From Gammaproteobacteria bacterium (GTDB lineage: Bacteria; Pseudomonadota; Gammaproteobacteria; JABCZS01): 64,000 nucleotides of DNA. A program made the position numbers and the translations under genes. The stretch lies in contig JAJFKJ010000018.1 of NCBI GenBank assembly GCA_021773275.1, positions 46,390-110,389 of the forward strand. Direction: 5' to 3'. The notes below the pieces were generated by a model. That model did not search any database. It was not told the origin of the DNA and saw nothing but the letters and a program-made list of their open reading frames with translations. Of this stretch, positions 49,938 through 57,842 are shown one piece after another; position 1 is the first letter of the stretch; every line of letters starts with the position of its first letter.

Positions 49938-50998
49938 TAAAAAAGGTTTATTTAAATCCACTGTTAAAAGCCACGAATATATTTTCAGACACCATTAATT
50001 TGGAGGCGGTTTATGATGAGCAATCAATAGCAATGAGCAGAGAATTGTTTATACACACGATTATGGCAATCGCAAATTGTACAGATGCAGACAAAATAGC
50101 AAAATACTTGGCTAAAGTATTTGATCTTGATTTGGCTAGAGCTAGAGATCTCCTGGGAAACCTTCAAAAACATCAAATATTAATAAATGACCTCAGCGAC
50201 TACCCCGTTGATCAAATTAGCATGTGGCAAAATCACAAATGGCTTAATGCGCTTATATACCATCTAAAAAGCCAAAACATCAATTGCATTGATGACAAGC
50301 GCAAAAGCGAAAAACAAGATAGACGAATTTTTCCAAAAAGAGCGCTCAGCAAAAATGAAATTTGGAAGAGAGTCCCGAGTGTAAAATTTGTAAGCTTCCA
50401 AAAGCCAGCCGGAATAGATCTGAAAAAAATTAATGTTGAAAAAACGCTGCTTAAACGCAGCTCATGCTTGTCTCTGCGCGCAAAGAACATTAAAAAAGAG
50501 GAGCTCGGAGAGCTTCTCAGCTTGTCAAATAAGGATTTAGTTTTTTATAGAAGAAAAATAGAAAAATCAACGCGAAGCTTTTATGAGTCAAGATTTATAG
50601 CATTAGAAACATATGTGGTGATTCATAAGGTCAAGGGTATAGAAGCGGGCGTATATTTTTATGACCCGAAAGATCACCAGCTTTGCTTGGTTTCATGGGG
50701 GGATTTCCGTATGCAGGTGGCAGACATTTGTATAGGCCAAACGAAAGCAGGCTCCGGAGCTTTCTCCATATTCATTACAGCATGTTTGGAGCGTTACATG
50801 TCGCGCTACAAACATGAAAGGGCCTATAGAAATTTACTGACAAACACGGCGGAGCTTGCGCAGCAGTATATATTTTTTGCAACGGCCCTTGGGCTAAATA
50901 CCTGGCTTACCCCCGCAATTATAGAGACGCAGGCTGCAAATTTATTAAAAATAGATAATAAAACTGAAATCCCAATTTATACCGTGGCGGCGGGGTAG
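49934..50998 (+). CDS. SagB/McbC-type (nitroreductase-fold) dehydrogenase with N-terminal RRE-like domain, paralog 2
   Basis: LLKRSSCLSLR.., GIEAGVYFYDPKDHQL and ERAYRNLLTNTAELAQ..ALGL. The ATG at 49934 overlaps the upstream TGA (ATGA coupling). The ORF-track start is 49913. Confidence 0.85.
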   Translation: MIKKVYLNPLLKATNIFSDTINLEAVYDEQSIAMSRELFIHTIMAIANCTDADKIAKYLAKVFDLDLARARDLLGNLQKHQILINDLSDYPVDQISMWQNHKWLNALIYHLKSQNINCIDDKRKSEKQDRRIFPKRALSKNEIWKRVPSVKFVSFQKPAGIDLKKINVEKTLLKRSSCLSLRAKNIKKEELGELLSLSNKDLVFYRRKIEKSTRSFYESRFIALETYVVIHKVKGIEAGVYFYDPKDHQLCLVSWGDFRMQVADICIGQTKAGSGAFSIFITACLERYMSRYKHERAYRNLLTNTAELAQQYIFFATALGLNTWLTPAIIETQAANLLKIDNKTEIPIYTVAAG

Positions 50999-51001
50999 TC
51001 A

Positions 51002-51706
51002 ATGAGAAAAACAACAGCAGAAAAAATATATGAACTTGGGTCTTATAGAGTATTAGGAAGTGCAACACAATATGTGGCAGATATGCACCTATATTTACCT
51101 AGCGCTAAGTTTAATAACCATAAGTTATTCCAGGCAAAGCAAGCTTTGGAGTCACCCGCTTTCTTTCAAGTTCTGGAGTCAAGGCATAGCTGTCATAAAT
51201 TTTGCAGTGAAGAGTTGTCTTTAAATAAGATACGTAGTTTACTTCTTTGTGGGTACGGCCTAAAAAGCAGGCATGGTTCTTTCACTGTGCCATTGGCTGG
51301 TGGCTTAGATGTGATGCAATTGAAAGTAGCTTTGAGGGAACGCGGGCGCTGGGGCGCATATGATTGGGATCATGTGGGGTATAGGCTGAATAAAATTAAC
51401 CGCATGCTGAGTGATCCAAATAAGCTGTTCTTTGCAAGGAGCACAGATATAAGTCTGTCCTCAGCCGCAATAGTAATCAGTGCAAATCTTGGGGTTCTTG
51501 CCAAAAGATACACGGCCAGAGCATATAAGTTTGCTTGTATCCAGGCGGGGCATATTGCGCAAAATATTATACTGGAAGCTACATCTTTGGGGCTTAGCAG
51601 TTTAGTGTTGGGCTCATTAAAAGAAGAGGAAATCATCAATTCATTCGGTATTATTTCAGAAAAACCGTTGTATGCAGTAGTCATTGGAAAAAACCTTAAG
51701 GAGTAA
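51002..51706 (+). CDS. nitroreductase-fold (SagB-type) protein, paralog 3, with no N-terminal extension
   Basis: LESRHSCHKF..LSLNKIRSLLLCGYGL and ARAYKFACIQAGHIAQNIILEATSLGLSSLVLGS. 234 aa. Confidence 0.85.
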   Translation: MRKTTAEKIYELGSYRVLGSATQYVADMHLYLPSAKFNNHKLFQAKQALESPAFFQVLESRHSCHKFCSEELSLNKIRSLLLCGYGLKSRHGSFTVPLAGGLDVMQLKVALRERGRWGAYDWDHVGYRLNKINRMLSDPNKLFFARSTDISLSSAAIVISANLGVLAKRYTARAYKFACIQAGHIAQNIILEATSLGLSSLVLGSLKEEEIINSFGIISEKPLYAVVIGKNLKE

Positions 51707-51709
51707 ATT

Positions 51710-52444
51710 ATGCAGGATGTGGCTCTTATATGGGAAGCTATAAATAGAAATCTTGATTTGGCAGGAAGCAGTGTTTCAATTTATCCATTTTGCTACACCA
51801 CGGATTTGATAGCGAGTGTGCCAGATAACAAGTTTTTTATTAAAAATATATCAGCCTCAGGTAGTGATTCTAGCAAAGATATATCATTAAAGAAGGCGCT
51901 GATGGAGCTTGTAGAGAGGGTGGTGTTTATAAAGGAAATGGACCGGGTATATTCAAAAGGCATGGGCAGAGTCAGCTCCAAAGGATGGGCTTGCCATCCC
52001 AGTAAGGCGCGGGCAAAAGAGCAAGCTGTCTTGGAGTTCTACGAAGATCAATGCATAAAAAATGCAGAAAACATTTCAGAAAAACTTAAAAATAAAGTAA
52101 AAAGCCCCGCAAATGACAATGACTTTAATTTTATGGTATTGAAAATAGATAAGGTATTTTTCTCCGCCGTTTGGTTTCTGAAAGACGGGGTTTATTCAAT
52201 AGGTAGTGCTTGCGCTACAAGCTCAGCACAATCCTATAAAAAATCACTGCAAGAAGCTTATGTTAAATGGAAAGCTGGAATTTCAGACAGCATCAGCAAA
52301 GTGCCCGTTACTTTTCCAACAGGGTATTATGAACTTGATGTGGGCTTACCAGAGCCCAGCATTGAACCGTTATACGATGATCTTTTGAATAAGTTAAATC
52401 TTTATATGTTTAAGGCGACAGAATGCAAAACCATATTGCACTAA
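51710..52444 (+). CDS. short YcaO-like protein (candidate cyclodehydratase or partner); functional assignment tentative
   Basis: ASGSDSSKDISLKKALMELVERVVF and GWACHPSKARAKEQAVLEFYED resemble the two N-terminal YcaO/SagD motifs (G.G....A...A..E..ER). At 244 aa it is far shorter than canonical YcaO proteins. Confidence 0.55.
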   Translation: MQDVALIWEAINRNLDLAGSSVSIYPFCYTTDLIASVPDNKFFIKNISASGSDSSKDISLKKALMELVERVVFIKEMDRVYSKGMGRVSSKGWACHPSKARAKEQAVLEFYEDQCIKNAENISEKLKNKVKSPANDNDFNFMVLKIDKVFFSAVWFLKDGVYSIGSACATSSAQSYKKSLQEAYVKWKAGISDSISKVPVTFPTGYYELDVGLPEPSIEPLYDDLLNKLNLYMFKATECKTILH

Positions 52445-53487
52445 GCCTAGAGACAAAAAAAGATATCGTTGATTACGGCGAAAATCTGTATAAATGCGAG
52501 CAAAAAGATGTGAGAGAGATAAGCTTTTCCAGAGGGACGACCGGGAATGTTGATTATGTGTCTTTCTATGGCCAAGAAAAAACTGTTTTTGCCATAAAAC
52601 CCTATCAAAAAAAGTTTCTAAATAGATTAATGTTAGAAAATAATTTCGAGCTAGACGAGCACCGGTTTTGCATTCCCCCAATTGCAGAATTGTTTGTGGG
52701 CGATCTTCTGTATGCCAAGGGAGGCGTGTTTGATCTAAATGAAATACATGTTGCCGTGTTTCTGCCATATTTTGCCCAGTGCAAAAGGACGTTAGCTAAG
52801 AAATCTTTTGTATTTGCAAATCTCATGGAAGAGCGTTTTGTAAAAATGGCACAAAGTACAATGCAGAAATTTTCAATGAATTTAAAGCTAACAAGCCAAG
52901 ATTTTGCGAATTGGGTATCGCTGCACGAGGGCTTCCATAACAGTGGGCCATTACCTCTGTTTTCAGGCAAGGTCAATAAGTTTAGTAAAAAGTCATATGG
53001 CTTTGTTGAAGAGCTCAGAGTCGACCTTTCAATTATCTACTTTATTTTAAACTGCATACCTAGTGAAGGCAGAAAGTCGTTAATAAATGTGGTTTGCTTG
53101 GTTATTGCTGACCGTGTTTTTCGAGCAGCACGCTTCCACTTTAACACTAGTCATGCCCCCAGGCATAACATGTATGCAAAAATGGTAGAAGGTGACGCAG
53201 CAATTTGTCTGCTTTGTTTATTGGTTCACAATGAGCTACTTGATTTGCCAGGTCGAAAATTTGTCTTTTGCTCGAAAAAGTTATCGGCGGCAATAAAGCC
53301 AGTTTTAAAAGATATCTATGATTATGAAAAAAGCATAAACAATAAAGACAGTTTTTATGCTAGTGAACCGAGTTTCTGTAAATATTTACGACAGAAGTAC
53401 TTTAAATTGAATGCTGGTGTGCGTTTATATTTAGAAGCTAATTCCTGCACAAACTGTACTTACGAGCTGGTATTTAGGCCTGTATGA
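52423..53487 (+). CDS. HExxH-motif protein (candidate leader/follower metallopeptidase or HExxH-type peptide hydroxylase)
   Basis: HEGFH at nt 52924-52938, with EE 28-29 residues downstream (gluzincin-like spacing). It overlaps the upstream gene by 22 nt and the downstream gene by ATGA. Confidence 0.7.
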   Translation: MQNHIALSLETKKDIVDYGENLYKCEQKDVREISFSRGTTGNVDYVSFYGQEKTVFAIKPYQKKFLNRLMLENNFELDEHRFCIPPIAELFVGDLLYAKGGVFDLNEIHVAVFLPYFAQCKRTLAKKSFVFANLMEERFVKMAQSTMQKFSMNLKLTSQDFANWVSLHEGFHNSGPLPLFSGKVNKFSKKSYGFVEELRVDLSIIYFILNCIPSEGRKSLINVVCLVIADRVFRAARFHFNTSHAPRHNMYAKMVEGDAAICLLCLLVHNELLDLPGRKFVFCSKKLSAAIKPVLKDIYDYEKSINNKDSFYASEPSFCKYLRQKYFKLNAGVRLYLEANSCTNCTYELVFRPV

Positions 53488-54752
53488 TAAATATAAAAAT
53501 CACACGCAAACTAATTTCACACGCGTTCCCAATTATCAGCTCCAGCCTGGGTTTATTGCTAATGGGCGTTACTGACACGATTGTTATTTCATTGTTAGGT
53601 GAATCAGCGTTAGCCGCACAATCTCTAGCCTCGTTTATCCATATGGCAGTTTTTATGTCCTTGGTTGCATTCGTCTTCCCTGTTGCCAATCTGTATAAGT
53701 TAAATCAACATGACGCTATGCCAATATTAAAGTCGGGGCTTGTGTTAACAGTAGGGTTAATATTACCGCTTACTGCAGTGTATCTATTTGGCATCCCTGA
53801 TTTTATTGTCTATTTTCTGAATTCAGAACAGCAAGACTTGTTTAATGCTTATTTTAAAACTATTGCAATGAGCTTGCTGCCTGGAGCGTTGTTTTTTTAT
53901 TGTCGCATGCTGCTGTATACGCAGGTTAAGCCAAAGCAGATTGGGCACTGGATTGTTATATGTATTATTTTAAATGCAGGGCTAGATTATTTGATTTTAC
54001 ATGTTTTTGAAAGCCCTGGGGTTGTAGTGCAAGGTATTGCATTAATAACAGTGTTGGTTTTTTGTATATTGGTACTTTTAACCAATCATAGCTTGCCGGA
54101 AGACAAAAAATTACAGAAAATAATTAATGTTAAAAGCAACAAGCAATCTTATTATGCAGTGTTAAAAACTTCTGGGCCAGCCGGTATTACAGCGTTGGGC
54201 GAGTATGGTTTTTTTGCCGTGCTTGCAGTGATGGTAGCGTTATATGCACCATTAGAAGCGGCTTCATACCGAATTATCTTACAGCTCGAAGAAATGCTAA
54301 TTATCATTTTTTATGCATTTGCAAGAGTGCTGTCGCTAGAAGTCTCGCAGGAAGATGGCGGATACAAAACACTCAAGTCCAGCTATTATCACGCAACAGC
54401 CTTGCTATTGCTGGTGGTTTTCCTGCTACCTATTTTTCATCCGTTTGTTTTAAAAGTATACGGTATTAATATCAGCTTTTCACAGCATTACTTCATTATC
54501 ATTATGTTATTGCTTTTCGCAGAAGCGTTGATGTTATACATCTGTGCGTTTTTGTGGGGCTTTGCTCGCTATACCATCGTGGCGATCATCACTTGTACGG
54601 TAAACTGGGGCATTATTCTTCCCATGCTTTGGCTTTGGCCGCCAGCTCAAATTGAAACCTTCTACTATGCCCTGATCGCCAACTATGCTTTGATAGCTGT
54701 GCTGCTTTTAATTTTTTGTAGAACTTGCAACATAACTAAATATAACCTATAA
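53484..54752 (+). CDS. MATE-family efflux transporter (candidate exporter/self-immunity)
   Basis: N-terminus KLISHAFPIISSSLGLLLMGVTDTIVISLLGESALAAQSLA is the MatE signature. 422-aa multi-pass membrane protein. Confidence 0.85.
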   Translation: MINIKITRKLISHAFPIISSSLGLLLMGVTDTIVISLLGESALAAQSLASFIHMAVFMSLVAFVFPVANLYKLNQHDAMPILKSGLVLTVGLILPLTAVYLFGIPDFIVYFLNSEQQDLFNAYFKTIAMSLLPGALFFYCRMLLYTQVKPKQIGHWIVICIILNAGLDYLILHVFESPGVVVQGIALITVLVFCILVLLTNHSLPEDKKLQKIINVKSNKQSYYAVLKTSGPAGITALGEYGFFAVLAVMVALYAPLEAASYRIILQLEEMLIIIFYAFARVLSLEVSQEDGGYKTLKSSYYHATALLLLVVFLLPIFHPFVLKVYGINISFSQHYFIIIMLLLFAEALMLYICAFLWGFARYTIVAIITCTVNWGIILPMLWLWPPAQIETFYYALIANYALIAVLLLIFCRTCNITKYNL

Positions 54753-54771
54753 TATAACTAGTAAGACAAAA

Positions 54772-55029
54772 GTGTACCGAATAGTAATACATCGCCAAGT
54801 AAAAAAGCAATTGCGGTCCTTGCCAGGGGTTACACGAAACCAGGTGGTCGAGCAAATTCAAAAGTTAGGCCATAATCCGCATGATAATCGACTTGACATC
54901 AAAAGACTAAAAGGAGAGGTGCGCTTTCGTTTACGTGTTGGTTTATGGAGAATTGTTTTTGAGAAGCATGAAGATGTAAAAATCATCAGTATTGAAAAGA
55001 TAGGTGCGAGAGGGGATGTGTATAAATGA
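54772..55029 (+). CDS. type II toxin, RelE/ParE superfamily (HigB-like gene order)
   Basis: 85 aa. KRLKGEVRFRLRVGLWRIVFEKHEDVKIISIEKIGARGDVY is the RelE-fold C-terminal pattern. GTG start. Confidence 0.82.
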   Translation: MYRIVIHRQVKKQLRSLPGVTRNQVVEQIQKLGHNPHDNRLDIKRLKGEVRFRLRVGLWRIVFEKHEDVKIISIEKIGARGDVYK

Positions 55030-55325
55030 ATTTACAAATAATTAAGTCTGTAGAAGGTGAGGCAGAATACGTTTTGCTGCCTATAAATGCTTATAAAGCC
55101 TTAAAGCATCAGATCGACAAAGTGATTGATGAAGACTACGCACCCTTCAAGCTTGAAGACTACGTCGACAACCCCGTTGCTTTGGCAAGAATAAAAGCAA
55201 ATTTAACACAAGAAGAGTTAGCGCAACGCATGGATGTATCGCAAGCCTACATCAGCAAGCTTGAATCGCAAGATGCTGTTTCAGCCAAGGTTATGGCAAA
55301 AGTGATGACTGCGCTTCAGCAGTAG
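55026..55325 (+). CDS. type II antitoxin with XRE-type HTH (HigA-like)
   Basis: LARIKANLTQEELAQRMDVSQAYISKLES forms the HTH. ATGA overlap with the toxin stop. Confidence 0.82.
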   Translation: MNLQIIKSVEGEAEYVLLPINAYKALKHQIDKVIDEDYAPFKLEDYVDNPVALARIKANLTQEELAQRMDVSQAYISKLESQDAVSAKVMAKVMTALQQ

Positions 55326-55337
55326 CTTTTATACACA

Positions 55338-55418
55338 GAAATATTTTATTATGCCTTAATCGCCAACTATGCTTTAATAACATTAATCTTGTTTATTAAC
55401 GTGAGAAGGCGTGTATGA
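55338..55418 (+). pseudogene. relic 3-prime end of a MATE gene (..[26 protein letters not shown])
   Basis: Nucleotides 55347-55380 match 54662-54695 in 29 of 34 positions, and both encode YYALIANYALI. The relic stop (55416-55418) overlaps the plsY ATG. Confidence 0.6.
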
Positions 55419-56001
55419 CATTTTTCTTAATTATGTTCGTGGTGAGCTACTTATTAGGCTCGATTTCTAGCGCAATTTTAATATGTAAATTGTGTGGCTT
55501 ACCTGACCCACGCTCTAAAGGTTCTGGTAATCCTGGGGCTACCAATGTTTTACGTTTTGGTGGAAAAAAGATCGCCACAGCGGTGTTGCTAGGCGATGTG
55601 TTAAAAGGCTTGATTCCCGTTATTATTGTGGTGATGTTTGATGCTCCCAACTGGGTTGTAACTCTAACGGCATTTTTTGCGTTCTTAGGCCATGTGTTCC
55701 CAATATTTTATGAATTTCAGGGGGGCAAAGGTGTTGCCACTTACCTCGGCACGATGCTTGGTGTTTATTGGTTATTAGGCCTGATTGCTATCGTTAGTTG
55801 GTTATTGGTGGCGGCCATTACGCGGTATTCATCGCTTTCTGCTGTAGTGATGTCGCTTGTTGTGCCTATTGCAGCTTATTTCTTTTTAGGTGTTGAAGCA
55901 ACCTTACCACTGCTGCTCATGACAGTTATTTTATTGTTTCGCCACGCTGCTAACCTTAAAAGATTGTCTGCTGGCAAAGAGCCTAAGATCGGGAAAGATT
56001 A

Positions 56002-56002
<1 letters not shown>
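55415..56002 (+). CDS. plsY: glycerol-3-phosphate acyltransferase PlsY
   Basis: [24 protein letters not shown] and GGKGVAT motifs. Confidence 0.93.
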
Positions 56003-57018
<1,016 letters not shown>

Positions 57019-57102
57019 ACACGGTTCTCAAAAGCATCTATAATGACCTAGTCCCAAGGGGCAGTATTTTGTTAACGAACTAATTTTAAGGTGGGTGATT
57101 TA

Positions 57103-57372
57103 ATGCCGAGTACCCGTGCTCGAGATGGAGAGACAGTTGATTCTCTCATGCGTCGATTCCGTCGCAACTGTGACAAAGAAGGTCGCGCTGCGCGTTCACG
57201 TAAACGCCAACAAGGCCATCAAACCAAATCTCAAGAAAAACGTAGAGCGAAGCAAATGGCTCGCAAGCGTCATCATAAGAAAATTGCAAGAGAAATTAAA
57301 ATCTTGTTGAATGGTCGCGAGCATCATAAAGGTGGTGTTGGTGGTTCTGGCGGTTTAGCTGGCTTCTTATAA
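57103..57372 (+). CDS. rpsU: 30S ribosomal protein S21 with an unusual C-terminal extension of about 18 aa rich in Gly and His
   Basis: MPSTRARDGETVDSLMRRFRRNCDKEG..KRRAKQMARKRHHKK follows the S21 pattern. The tail NGREHHKGGVGGSGGLAGFL is extra. Confidence 0.85.
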   Translation: MPSTRARDGETVDSLMRRFRRNCDKEGRAARSRKRQQGHQTKSQEKRRAKQMARKRHHKKIAREIKILLNGREHHKGGVGGSGGLAGFL

Positions 57373-57818
57373 TGTCTGCATTAAAGCAACGTTTAATGGA
57401 CGATATGAAAGCGGCCATGAAGGCAAAAGAAAAAGATCGCCTCATGACGGTTCGTTCAATCCAAGCTGCAATTAAACAACGTGAAGTTGATGAACGTGTT
57501 GAATTAAGCGATGCGGATGTGTTGCTGATTTTAGACAAACAAGCAAAGCAGCGTCGTGAGTCTATTGCACAATACCAAGATGGTGGGCGTGATGATCTCG
57601 TTGCGCAAGAACAACTAGAACTTGAAATCATCAAAACCTATTTGCCAATTCAGCTAAGTGATGAAGAACTCAGCAGTCTTGTTAAAGATGCGGTTGCGCA
57701 GACAGGTGCCAGCAGCATGCAAGATATGGGCAAGGTGATGGCAATCATCAAGCCTAAAGCGCAAGGCCGCGCTGATATGGGCCAACTTAGCAAATTAGTT
57801 AAAGACGCCTTGTCATAA
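57372..57818 (+). CDS. GatB/YqeY domain-containing protein
   Basis: LKQRLMDDMKAAMKAKEKDRL..IKTYLP is the YqeY signature. This is the classic rpsU-yqeY-dnaG-rpoD context. Confidence 0.88.
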   Translation: MSALKQRLMDDMKAAMKAKEKDRLMTVRSIQAAIKQREVDERVELSDADVLLILDKQAKQRRESIAQYQDGGRDDLVAQEQLELEIIKTYLPIQLSDEELSSLVKDAVAQTGASSMQDMGKVMAIIKPKAQGRADMGQLSKLVKDALS

Positions 57819-57842
57819 GTCGTTATAAGTTATAATAAGTAA

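Noticed and set aside
48487-55418. Calling the RiPP block a mobile genetic element
   Set aside because: No integrase, transposase, inverted terminal repeats or tRNA attachment site is visible in or next to the block. I report it only as an accessory insertion with a recombination scar.
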